Source: Oceanococcaceae bacterium
GTDB lineage: Bacteria; Pseudomonadota; Gammaproteobacteria; Nevskiales; Oceanococcaceae
Reading direction: 5' to 3'
Assembly (NCBI GenBank): GCA_041603255.1
Contig: JBFIER010000011.1
Span: 53,611 to 77,610 of the forward strand
DNA: 24,000 nucleotides
In this document: positions 12,848-21,713 of the stretch, piece by piece
Layout: each line of letters begins with the position of its first letter
Position numbering within the stretch: the first letter of the stretch is position 1
The notes under the pieces: model-generated
Told to the model about the DNA's origin: nothing
Seen by the model: only the letters and a program-made list of their open reading frames with translations
Database searches by the model: none
Program-made: the position numbers and the translations under genes

Positions 12848-15352
12848 TTGAGCAGTACGCAATCAAATACCGGCGCGGGTCCAGGGCTGGACTCCATACG
12901 CTTCAAGGTTGCTGCATGGGTCATGCGGCAGCGAAAAGCCATGTTGGTGTTTTTCGCCCTGGTGACTTTGGGGTTTGCCGCGGGTCTGCCCGGCCTGACC
13001 ATCAAAACCATCTTTTCCGATCTGCTGCCGGCAGACGATCCCTTTGTTCAGGTCTATCAGGACCACCGCAACTTCGGTAATCCGTTGTCTGTGGTGGTCA
13101 TGATCAAGAACAAGAAAGGCGATATCTACAACCACGACACCTTGAGCAAGGTGTGGAACCTGACCCGGGACATCGACCTGGTTCCCGGCATCGACCACAA
13201 CACCTTGATCTCGATCGCGACGGAAAAAGCCCGCTACGCCGAGGCCACGCCTTATGGCGTGGACATGCGGCCGATCATGGAGGACAAGGTTCCGACCGAC
13301 CCCACCGAGATCGCGGATTTCCACCGCCGGGTTGAGCAAAGCCCGAACGTCCGGACCTTCTATGTGTCCGGCGACCAGACGGCAACGCTGATCACCGCAG
13401 CCTTCCTGGAAAACCTGCTGGATTACGGCGTGGTGTTCCAGGGTGTGCAGGACCTGGCCGAGAAGTATCGCGACAAGAACCACGAGATCTACGTGGTGGG
13501 GCAGCCGATTCTGACGGGTTGGGTGTACAAGCTGCAGAAGCAGACCTACATGATCTTCGCGATTACGCTGGGCGCGCTGGCCATCGCGTTGGCGCTGTAC
13601 ATGCGCAACATCGCCGGGACGCTCACGCCGATTATCTGTAGTTCGGTTGCCGCCATCTGGGGCTTCGGTCTGGTCGGCTGGATCAGCTCGCCGATTGAAC
13701 CGCTGCTGATGATCGTGCCGTTGCTGTTGATCGCGCGATCGTTCTCGCACTGCGTGCAGTTCTCCGAACGCTTCTACGAGATCTACTCCGAAATCGGTGA
13801 CAAGCGGAAGTCCGCAGAGATCACGATGGCCGCCATGATGGCGCCGTCGATTCTGGGTGTGATCACCGACGCGCTGGGGATTTTCTTCATCGCGCTGGCG
13901 CCGATCCCGGCCATGGAACGCTTCGCGCTGTTCTGCGGCTTCTGGGCGCTTTGCATCATCCCGACCGGCGTTTTCCTGATCTCCATTCTGCTGTCCTATC
14001 TACCGGATCCCGGCAACATCGAAGATCTGGTTTCGCACAATGACACCGGGTTCCACGCCTTCCAGAAGCGCGTGCTGCAGAAGGTCGCCGCGCTGTGCTA
14101 CGGCCGGCTCGCCAAGTACACCACCATCGCGACGCTGGTCGTGGCGGTGGGGGCGGTGTATCTGGCATCGCAGATCAAGATCGGCAACCCGGTCGAAGGC
14201 TCCAACCTGCTCTGGGAGGATTCGGACTTCAACACGGCGATCCGGGCGGTGAATGCCCACTTCCCGGGTGTGAACACGCTGGAGATCGTGCTCGAAGCCA
14301 AGGAGCGCGAGATCACCAACCGGATTGCCCGGACTCCGGATGCGGTTGCCGCATCGCTGCAGCTGCAGGCGCTGGTCGAGGCCGACCCGATCATGCCGCC
14401 CCGGGCCACTTTGTCCTTCAGTGACTACATGATGGAGGGCAACCGCTTGTTCTCCGGGGGTGACCCCAAGTGGTATCCGCTGGACCCGACGCGTTCATCG
14501 GTGGCTGCGGCCAGCAACGCGGTGACTTTCGGTACCGACCCGGTCAACTTCGCCCATATCACCGACTTCGAGTTCCAGAACTCCACGGTGTCGTTGTGGT
14601 ACGCGGACAACAAGCAGGAAACCGTGGACGCGGCGCTGGCCAGTGCGCGGCGTGCGGTCGAGATCGTGGGTGAAGACCACCCCACGTTCCGCATCCGTCT
14701 GGCGACCGGCAATATCGCTCTGCAGCAGGCCATGAACCTGGTGGTGCACCGCTATCACTGGCTGATTCTGGGCATGTTGAACTGTGCGATCTTCCTGATC
14801 TGCTGGTATGCGTACCGGTCCATGGTGGCGGCCATCATCGTGTTGATCCCGGTGAACCTGTCGAACTTCCTGCTGACGGCAACCATGCACGTCATGGGAA
14901 TTGGTCTGGACATCAACTCGGTCATGGTGGCGGTGCTGGGTGTGGGCGTGGGTATCGACTACGGGATCTACCTGCTCTCGCGTATTTGCGAGGAGTACAC
15001 CGCGAATGACCAAGACTGGACCTGTGCCATTCGGGAATCCCTGACCACCACCGGGAAGGCAATTCTGTTTACCGCAACCATCATGCTCATCGGCATCCTG
15101 CCGTGGTACCTGCTTTCCGACCTGAAGTTCATGGCGGATATGGGGCTGCTGCTGGTGGCCATCATGCTGATCAACATGGTGTTGGCGCTGGTGGTGCTGC
15201 CACTGCTGATCTGGCTGATCAAACCGAAGTTTGCTGCTCGTGATGACCTGATGGTTGGTGAGAGCATCGACTTGTCCCAATTCAAGACTGCCAGTTCGAA
15301 TGAGGGTGACAAAGGTGGGATGCCACCTCTGGCCGCGCAATCACCCGCCTAA
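12848..15352 (+). CDS. RND-superfamily (MMPL/HAE3-like) inner-membrane transporter, paralog 2 (834 aa)
   Basis: Full-length ORF with TTG start and a GAGGGGA Shine-Dalgarno upstream. Same architecture as 362-2731 and colinear with it. It has an extra C-terminal hydrophilic tail. Confidence 0.85.
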   Translation: MSSTQSNTGAGPGLDSIRFKVAAWVMRQRKAMLVFFALVTLGFAAGLPGLTIKTIFSDLLPADDPFVQVYQDHRNFGNPLSVVVMIKNKKGDIYNHDTLSKVWNLTRDIDLVPGIDHNTLISIATEKARYAEATPYGVDMRPIMEDKVPTDPTEIADFHRRVEQSPNVRTFYVSGDQTATLITAAFLENLLDYGVVFQGVQDLAEKYRDKNHEIYVVGQPILTGWVYKLQKQTYMIFAITLGALAIALALYMRNIAGTLTPIICSSVAAIWGFGLVGWISSPIEPLLMIVPLLLIARSFSHCVQFSERFYEIYSEIGDKRKSAEITMAAMMAPSILGVITDALGIFFIALAPIPAMERFALFCGFWALCIIPTGVFLISILLSYLPDPGNIEDLVSHNDTGFHAFQKRVLQKVAALCYGRLAKYTTIATLVVAVGAVYLASQIKIGNPVEGSNLLWEDSDFNTAIRAVNAHFPGVNTLEIVLEAKEREITNRIARTPDAVAASLQLQALVEADPIMPPRATLSFSDYMMEGNRLFSGGDPKWYPLDPTRSSVAAASNAVTFGTDPVNFAHITDFEFQNSTVSLWYADNKQETVDAALASARRAVEIVGEDHPTFRIRLATGNIALQQAMNLVVHRYHWLILGMLNCAIFLICWYAYRSMVAAIIVLIPVNLSNFLLTATMHVMGIGLDINSVMVAVLGVGVGIDYGIYLLSRICEEYTANDQDWTCAIRESLTTTGKAILFTATIMLIGILPWYLLSDLKFMADMGLLLVAIMLINMVLALVVLPLLIWLIKPKFAARDDLMVGESIDLSQFKTASSNEGDKGGMPPLAAQSPA

Positions 15353-15378
15353 CGTATTACTCACGAGGAGACACAACC

Positions 15379-16767
15379 ATGAATATCCGTAAGTACGACT
15401 TCAATTACGGCCGTCGGAAACTGATGGAAAACACCGCACTCGGACTGGGTGCGGGGGTTTTGATGCCGCTGGCCGACGTGTTCGCGGCTGAAGGTGACAT
15501 CAGCAAGGCTTACCCGGAAGAGCATCTGTCGATTGAGATGTACACCAAGGGCAAGATCAGCACCGGTGACATCATCGATGCCAGCAATGTCGACCTGATC
15601 AAAGAACTGTTTGACCCCAGCATCTACGACCAGATCAAGAACCTCGGTCGCAAGATCAAGATTCGTAAGACCACCACCGATTTCTCGAAGATGTTCCCCA
15701 ACGACTTCTACGAGTTGACGCTGCGCAACGTCGGTAATGGCGTCAAGGCACAGTGGGATGCCAAGGGTAATGTTCGCTCTCCCGATGGCTCGCCCTGGGT
15801 GGGCGGCCTGCCGTTCCCTGACCCGAAAACCGGTGACGAAGTGCAGGCCAACCTGGCGATGAGCTGGGGGCGGGGCAACTACTGTCAGTACGCGGTCAAC
15901 GACAGCGTATTCAACAACGGTAAACAGGCCTACAGCTATGACCTGGTCTGGGCCGAGTTGCAGATGGCCGGGCGTCCGGACGGCAAGATCTTCATGGACC
16001 GGGATGATCTGGTTCGTTTGCAGACCGTGCTGTTCACCGCTACCCAGGACGTCGCGGGCAGCTCCTTCCTCTCGATTTGGTACTACGACCAGTCCAAGTT
16101 CCCGGATCTTTACGGTTACCTGCCGCAGTTCCGCCGGGTGCGTCAGTTCCCGACCAACCAGCGTTTCGAGCCGCTGATTCCGGGCGTGACCTGGTTCCTT
16201 TCCGACCCCTGGGGCGCCGGTGACCCGATGCGCACCTGGAGCGAGTACAAGATCGTCGAGCGCAAACCGATGCTGGGGCCGTTCAACACGAACTTCGTCG
16301 GCACCAATAACTGGAACACCACCACTCACGGCGGTGAAAGCGGCGAGCTGTTCTTCGATACCGAATATGAGCTGGCTCCGGAAGTCGTGACGCTGGAGTC
16401 GAAGCCGACGGGTTATCCGCGGGCGCCGGTCGGTCATCGCCACTGCTACGTCGATACGCGTATGTGTCTGGCCGGCTCGTCGATCCGCTATGACCGTCAG
16501 GGCAAGATGTGGGTTAATTTCGAGGCCGGTTACGGTCAGCAAATCGACCCGGTCAACAACATCGAGATCAAGGGTCCGGACGGCAAGAGCACGGCCTGGT
16601 CCTGGATGTACGTGCTGTCTTATGACCACCAGAACCAGCGCATGAGCCGTGCCCGTCACCTGGAAGAGTGTGCCGGCGGCTACCAAAGTCAGCTGGGCGG
16701 TGACGATGAACTCGCGTACGACACCTTCTTCACCCAGCAGGCCCTGCAGCGCCTGGGGCAGGTTTAA
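15379..16767 (+). CDS. DUF1329-family (LolA-like fold) periplasmic protein, paralog 2 (462 aa)
   Basis: GAGGAG Shine-Dalgarno. The N-terminus has GRRKLM followed by a hydrophobic stretch ending FAAEG. Colinear with 2736-4130. Confidence 0.8.
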   Translation: MNIRKYDFNYGRRKLMENTALGLGAGVLMPLADVFAAEGDISKAYPEEHLSIEMYTKGKISTGDIIDASNVDLIKELFDPSIYDQIKNLGRKIKIRKTTTDFSKMFPNDFYELTLRNVGNGVKAQWDAKGNVRSPDGSPWVGGLPFPDPKTGDEVQANLAMSWGRGNYCQYAVNDSVFNNGKQAYSYDLVWAELQMAGRPDGKIFMDRDDLVRLQTVLFTATQDVAGSSFLSIWYYDQSKFPDLYGYLPQFRRVRQFPTNQRFEPLIPGVTWFLSDPWGAGDPMRTWSEYKIVERKPMLGPFNTNFVGTNNWNTTTHGGESGELFFDTEYELAPEVVTLESKPTGYPRAPVGHRHCYVDTRMCLAGSSIRYDRQGKMWVNFEAGYGQQIDPVNNIEIKGPDGKSTAWSWMYVLSYDHQNQRMSRARHLEECAGGYQSQLGGDDELAYDTFFTQQALQRLGQV

Positions 16768-17798
16768 TGCGTAACGGTACGTTTGGTCGAGGGCAGCGTG
16801 TTGCTGCCCTCATAGCCTTCGCCGCCATCGTTCACCCGGCATGGGCAGAGTCCAAGGACGACGCTGTGCATATCCACTCGGCAGAGAGTGAACTGGTGCG
16901 CGTGGGGACTCCGCATGCCGCGCTGTTTGACGTCAGCGCCTATGGCAGTCGTCTGTTCACCGTGGGTGCAGCTGGCCAGATCCTGCGCAGCGATGATGGC
17001 GGGAAGCAGTGGGAACCCGAGTTGGCGCCCAGCCCCGCGGCTTACCTCGGGGTGTCAAACGCCGGTGATTACGCCGTTGCGGTGGGCCAGATGGGAATCG
17101 TCGCTTACCGCAACCTTCAAGGCGAATGGGCCGTTGCCGAAAGCAACACGACGGAGCGTCTGTTCGATGTTTCCATCAACGCCCGCGGAGTCGGTGTGGC
17201 TGTGGGAGCGTTTGGCGCCCTGATCCGTACCTCCGATGGTGGCAAGACGTGGGTGGAGGCTGCGCCTTCCTGGAAAGGGGTGTTCCGGGACGGGGCCGGT
17301 CGTTTGGGTGAGTTTTTCACCCCCAGTCTTTACACCGTCCAAACCTCAGAAAGCGGCAAAGTCTGGGTTGGCGGGGAGCTGGCTCTGATCATGACCTCGG
17401 AGGATGGTGGTGTGAGCTGGACCATTCGCAATGCGGGTGGCAACGATGAAGAGGGAATCGAGCCGACGATCTCCGCGATTGACGTGCGCTCGGATGGTGT
17501 TGGGTATGCCGTGGGGCAGGAGGGGTTCATCCTGCGTACGGAAAACGCCGGAGCGACCTGGGCTTCACTACCCAGACCCACCAAATCCAATCTGCTTGGC
17601 GTTGCCAGCAAGCGGGATGGGACCGTTGTTCTCAGCGGGATGCGTGACATGCGTATCAGCCGAGACGACGGGCGCACCTTCAATCCGGTCTACGGGAACG
17701 GGATTGAAACGGGGTGGTTTCATGGGGTCGTCGCCGTTGATGGAGCACATGCGCTCACCGTGGGTATCGCTGGGAAGGTACTCCGGGTCATCAATTAA
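16767..17798 (+). CDS. BNR-repeat / Ycf48-like beta-propeller periplasmic protein
   Basis: The ATG overlaps the upstream stop (TAATG). Signal peptide ends AWAESK. Repeated SxDxGxxW-type BNR motifs: RSDDGGKQW, TSDGGKTW, TSEDGGVSW, TENAGATW, SRDDGRTF. Confidence 0.8.
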   Translation: MRNGTFGRGQRVAALIAFAAIVHPAWAESKDDAVHIHSAESELVRVGTPHAALFDVSAYGSRLFTVGAAGQILRSDDGGKQWEPELAPSPAAYLGVSNAGDYAVAVGQMGIVAYRNLQGEWAVAESNTTERLFDVSINARGVGVAVGAFGALIRTSDGGKTWVEAAPSWKGVFRDGAGRLGEFFTPSLYTVQTSESGKVWVGGELALIMTSEDGGVSWTIRNAGGNDEEGIEPTISAIDVRSDGVGYAVGQEGFILRTENAGATWASLPRPTKSNLLGVASKRDGTVVLSGMRDMRISRDDGRTFNPVYGNGIETGWFHGVVAVDGAHALTVGIAGKVLRVIN

Positions 17799-17842
17799 AC
17801 AATTCCGCGCATAGAGGCAGCGGTATACACAGGGAAGAGACA

Positions 17843-20011
17843 ATGAATTTGCGTGAAACTTGCACGGCGTTTTCCGTGGCAGTCATTGGAGTCATGGGGG
17901 TTATGCCGGTTGACGAGGCGGATGCAAAAATCCGCTTTTCGTACGGTGGCTTTCTTCGACTTGAGGCGGCATACCATATCGGGCAAGAGAACCCGAACAA
18001 TCAGGGCGGCAACCTGCTCAACGATGTTGAGGTGCACCGGGAGCCGTTCCTGCCGCCCAACTACATTCAGGGTGCAGGGCCGACGATTGCGCCGCGTTAT
18101 GACAGCGTTTCGTTGGACCTGCCCTACGGGGACGATCTCCGGCGCGGCGACCTGGTCCCCAGCACCGAAAATGATTTCAACTACACCGTCGTTCGGGGTG
18201 AGGTTGAAGGCATCCTGAAGTTCAATCGCAGCTGGCGCATCGTGACCCGGGTGCGGGGCATCTACGACCCGGTCATCTACGACGAGTTCGACGCCCAAAG
18301 TGTCAGCAACCTGCCGGTGTACGAGCAGGGCGGTATCAAGAGCGGCCCCTGGGCCGACCCGGCCCTGTATGAAAGTACACCGAACTATTTCGAGTACTCG
18401 GTTGCTGACGGGAACGGCGGTTTTGCACCGGGCAACCCGGTCGAAATCGCCGGGCGCAATTACATGGTCGACCTGCCGGCGGCGATTCTCGAGTACAACC
18501 ATCGCTCGCTGAATTTCCGCATCGGGAACCAGCAGATCGCCTGGGGGCAGTCCATCTTCTTCCGGGTGTTTGACGTGCCGAATGGCCTGGACCTGCGCCG
18601 GCACTCGATCCTGGACCGCGCGCTGGAGGAGTTCTCCGACAAACGGGTGCCGATGCTGTCCGCACGGGTGACCTACCAGGTGACCAACAACATTCTGTTT
18701 GATGGGTATGTGGGCAAGTTCCAGCCCACCGTGTTTGGCAACCCCAACACGCCCTACAACATCATCCCGGTGCAGTTCACTGTGCAGGACACCTACAAGA
18801 GCGGGGGCTACGATGACGAAATCGTCGGCGGTTTCCGCCTGAAAGGCGACTACGGGCAATGGGGCTTCCAGCTGGGTTATGCCCATCGCTATGGTACGGA
18901 GGGGGTGTTCCGCTGGACCGAAACCGGGGTCGAGCAGCCGCTGGGTGATGGCGTCGGTCCGAATGTGCTGGGAACGGCAGATCTTGTCGGCACGCTGCCA
19001 ATTATCGGAGACATCGCGGCGACAGGCTTATCGGCTGGTGCGGTCACCATGATGGATTACAACTTGAAGTCACCCGCAGGCACCGGGCTGTGCCCGGCCG
19101 AGTCCTTTGATGACCCGGACTACAACTATTCCATGTGCCGCAGCTACGCCAATACCGCCGAAGCCCTGGCCCATGCGTCCTTCCATCCCGGGGCCGGTGG
19201 TGTTTACTCGGCTGAAGAGTGGTTCCGCTATGCCGCCGAGGTGCGTCTGGACGGCATCATGGGGCTGAATGCGGCGATCAACGAATTCCCGGCTGCGCAG
19301 GATGTGTACGCCTCCCCGGTGGCCAATGCTTCCGAGGCTGAGGGTGAACTGGGCACCTTCTTTGTAGCCACCGGCGGGGCGCTGCGTGGGCATATTGCCC
19401 GTGAGTACTTCCGCGAAGACAACTTCATGGCCGGTGTGAGCTATGTGGTCGAGTCGGATATCGACTTCCTCAACCAGTTGATCATCAACCTGGAAGGGCA
19501 GTACACGCCGGAGCGACACTTCACCAACATCACGCTGTCGCGCGAGTACATCAAGCAGGACGAATACATCATCTCGCTGGTAGCCGACAAGTGGCACCGC
19601 TTCTTCAACGAGTTCCCCGGTACCTACATCGTGATGCAGGCGCTGACCCGCAACCGCGCGGATCTGGTCGGGCGTCATCTGTCCGGGATGGGCGGCAAGC
19701 CACTGGACAAGTTGAAGCCGGACGATACCCGGACGACGACGCCCATCAATCACAACTCCAACTACCTGGTGCTGGGCTTCCTGCAACCCTGGCCGAACAA
19801 GATTTATGAGCTGGAGTTTGCCTCCCTGCTGGACCTCGAGGGCGGGGTCTTTGCCCAGGCGGGTCTGCGCTGGAACCCGGGTAAGGGCATCACCATCGAA
19901 GGCTTCTACAACTATGTGGACAGCGGCCTGTGGGGCAACAAGTACAACAACCTGATGTCCACCATTGATTTCGCCGAAGAGTTCACGCTTCGCGCGGCCT
20001 ACCAGTTCTGA
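17843..20011 (+). CDS. DUF1302-family outer-membrane beta-barrel protein (722 aa)
   Basis: Signal peptide, alternating beta-strand-like aromatic/Gly-rich composition throughout, and a C-terminal AAYQF ending in Phe (OMP signature). Its size and its neighbourhood with DUF1329, BNR and RND genes match the recurrent DUF1302 gene context. Confidence 0.75.
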   Translation: MNLRETCTAFSVAVIGVMGVMPVDEADAKIRFSYGGFLRLEAAYHIGQENPNNQGGNLLNDVEVHREPFLPPNYIQGAGPTIAPRYDSVSLDLPYGDDLRRGDLVPSTENDFNYTVVRGEVEGILKFNRSWRIVTRVRGIYDPVIYDEFDAQSVSNLPVYEQGGIKSGPWADPALYESTPNYFEYSVADGNGGFAPGNPVEIAGRNYMVDLPAAILEYNHRSLNFRIGNQQIAWGQSIFFRVFDVPNGLDLRRHSILDRALEEFSDKRVPMLSARVTYQVTNNILFDGYVGKFQPTVFGNPNTPYNIIPVQFTVQDTYKSGGYDDEIVGGFRLKGDYGQWGFQLGYAHRYGTEGVFRWTETGVEQPLGDGVGPNVLGTADLVGTLPIIGDIAATGLSAGAVTMMDYNLKSPAGTGLCPAESFDDPDYNYSMCRSYANTAEALAHASFHPGAGGVYSAEEWFRYAAEVRLDGIMGLNAAINEFPAAQDVYASPVANASEAEGELGTFFVATGGALRGHIAREYFREDNFMAGVSYVVESDIDFLNQLIINLEGQYTPERHFTNITLSREYIKQDEYIISLVADKWHRFFNEFPGTYIVMQALTRNRADLVGRHLSGMGGKPLDKLKPDDTRTTTPINHNSNYLVLGFLQPWPNKIYELEFASLLDLEGGVFAQAGLRWNPGKGITIEGFYNYVDSGLWGNKYNNLMSTIDFAEEFTLRAAYQF

Positions 20012-20024
20012 CACTTCCCCCAAT

Positions 20025-20071
20025 CTCACCCACGTCAATGCCTTACGGGCGGCGTGGGTGAGTATTTGCTT
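20025..20071 (+). terminator. Putative intrinsic terminator downstream of the DUF1302 gene
   Basis: CTCACCCACG (20025-20034) pairs with CGTGGGTGAG (20053-20062): a 10-bp stem with an 18-nt loop, followed by the T-rich TATTTGCTT. The loop is long, so confidence is moderate. Confidence 0.4.
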
Positions 20072-20134
20072 GTGGCGCGGCTCGCCGTCCCACGGGTGAA
20101 CTTTGAGTATCGGATTGATAGAGAGGAGAACCTC

Positions 20135-21697
20135 ATGCACATGAGTCAAATGGTCTACCGCTGCGAGCAGATGTGTGGATCCAGCATCGCCACGGAATTT
20201 CAGGGGCGTGCATTCACTTGGGCGGAAACGGCAGATCGCGTCCGCCGCATGGCCGGCATGCTGCAGCAACTGGGCATTCAGGAGAACCAGCAAGTCGCGG
20301 TCCTCTCGCTGAACAGTGATTTATATTTCACCGCGTTGTTTGGTGTGCCGCAGATGGGGGCGCGGATTGTGCCGCTGAACATTCGTTGGGCGCTGCCCGA
20401 GTTTGTGTACGCCCTGAACGACTCGGAGACCTGTGCGTTGATGTTCGATGCGGCATTTCTGCCCATCGCCACTCAACTGCGCGATGAAGACACCCGAATC
20501 AAACACTATTTGTTTATGGGCTCGCGGGAGGCGTGTCCGGAATGGGCGGTGCATGTCGACACCGCTCTCGAGAGCGCCCCCGCCGTTCCTGATTTCAAAG
20601 TATCCGAGCAGGAGTTGGCGGGGATTTTTTACACCGGCGGCACGACCGGCTTTCCCAAAGGGGTCATGCTCACGCATACCGCCTTGTTTACCAGTGCGTT
20701 GAGCCTGGTGGCTGCATCCGATGCGACACAGCAGGACACTATGTTGCACGCCGCGCCGATGTTTCACATGGCGGATCTGGCGGCGTGTTTCATGTTTACC
20801 CTGCTGGGAGCACGCAATGTCATCGTGCCGGCTTTCGAGCCGAAGTTGGTGCTGGAAAGCATCGCCAAATACGATGTGACCGATGCGTTGCTGGTTCCGG
20901 CGATGGTTCAGATGGTGTTTGATCATCCGGAGTTCGCGGCCGAGAAGATCTCTGGCATGAAGCGCATTCTGTACGGCGCGTCGCCGATGCCCGAGGGTTT
21001 GATGCGCCGGGTGATGCAGGCATCCCCGGGCGTGCAACTGGTTCAGGCCTACGGACAGACCGAACTGGCACCGGTGGCGACGATACTCAAGGCCGAGGAC
21101 CACGTGCTCGAAGGCGAACGTTCGCGGCTACTGCGCTCTGCCGGGCGTAGCAGTTGCTCCATGTTGCTGAAGATCATCGACAAGGATGGTCAACCGGTAC
21201 CGGTGGGAGAGGTCGGCGAGATTTGCTGTGCCGGCCCCAACGTTATGTTGGGTTACTGGAACAAACCTGAGCAGACGGCCAGTACATTGATCGACGGCTG
21301 GGTGCATGCCGGCGATGCCGGATACCTGGATGACGAGGGCTACCTGTTCCTGGTCGATCGGGTGAAGGACATGATCGTCACCGGCGGCGAGAACGTGTAT
21401 TCGGCAGAGGTCGAAAGTGTGGTGTCACGCCATCCGGGTGTCGCGCAGGTCGCCGTTATCGGTGTGCCGCATGACGAGTGGGGCGAGGCGGTTCACGCCA
21501 TCATCGTGCCGCGTCCGGGTGAGGAGCCGGTTGCCGATGACATCATCAGCTATTGCCGCACGTTGATCGCCGGTTACAAGTGCCCGAAAAGTGTCGAGTT
21601 ACGGATGGACCCGTTGCCGCTTTCCGGTGCCGGCAAAGTGCTCAAGCGGGAGCTGCGTGCGCCTTACTGGGAAGGGCGCGACCGGCAGGTCAACTAA
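20135..21697 (+). CDS. Acyl-CoA synthetase / fatty-acid-CoA ligase (class I adenylate-forming enzyme)
   Basis: AMP-binding signature FYTGGTTGFPKGVMLTH. Also QAYGQTELAP, GDAGYLDDEGYLFLVDRVKDMIVTGGENVYSAEVE and the C-terminal GKVLKRELR. The start is moved to ATG 20135 (MHMSQMVYR), preceded by a GAGGAG Shine-Dalgarno. The track's start at 20054 lies inside the terminator hairpin. Confidence 0.85.
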   Translation: MHMSQMVYRCEQMCGSSIATEFQGRAFTWAETADRVRRMAGMLQQLGIQENQQVAVLSLNSDLYFTALFGVPQMGARIVPLNIRWALPEFVYALNDSETCALMFDAAFLPIATQLRDEDTRIKHYLFMGSREACPEWAVHVDTALESAPAVPDFKVSEQELAGIFYTGGTTGFPKGVMLTHTALFTSALSLVAASDATQQDTMLHAAPMFHMADLAACFMFTLLGARNVIVPAFEPKLVLESIAKYDVTDALLVPAMVQMVFDHPEFAAEKISGMKRILYGASPMPEGLMRRVMQASPGVQLVQAYGQTELAPVATILKAEDHVLEGERSRLLRSAGRSSCSMLLKIIDKDGQPVPVGEVGEICCAGPNVMLGYWNKPEQTASTLIDGWVHAGDAGYLDDEGYLFLVDRVKDMIVTGGENVYSAEVESVVSRHPGVAQVAVIGVPHDEWGEAVHAIIVPRPGEEPVADDIISYCRTLIAGYKCPKSVELRMDPLPLSGAGKVLKRELRAPYWEGRDRQVN

Positions 21698-21713
21698 CCT
21701 TGCCTGACGGCGA

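Noticed and set aside
20054-20134. The upstream GTG start at 20054 for the acyl-CoA synthetase.
   Set aside because: It falls inside the right arm of the terminator-like hairpin and adds 27 residues with no counterpart in adenylate-forming enzymes. ATG 20135 has a strong Shine-Dalgarno.
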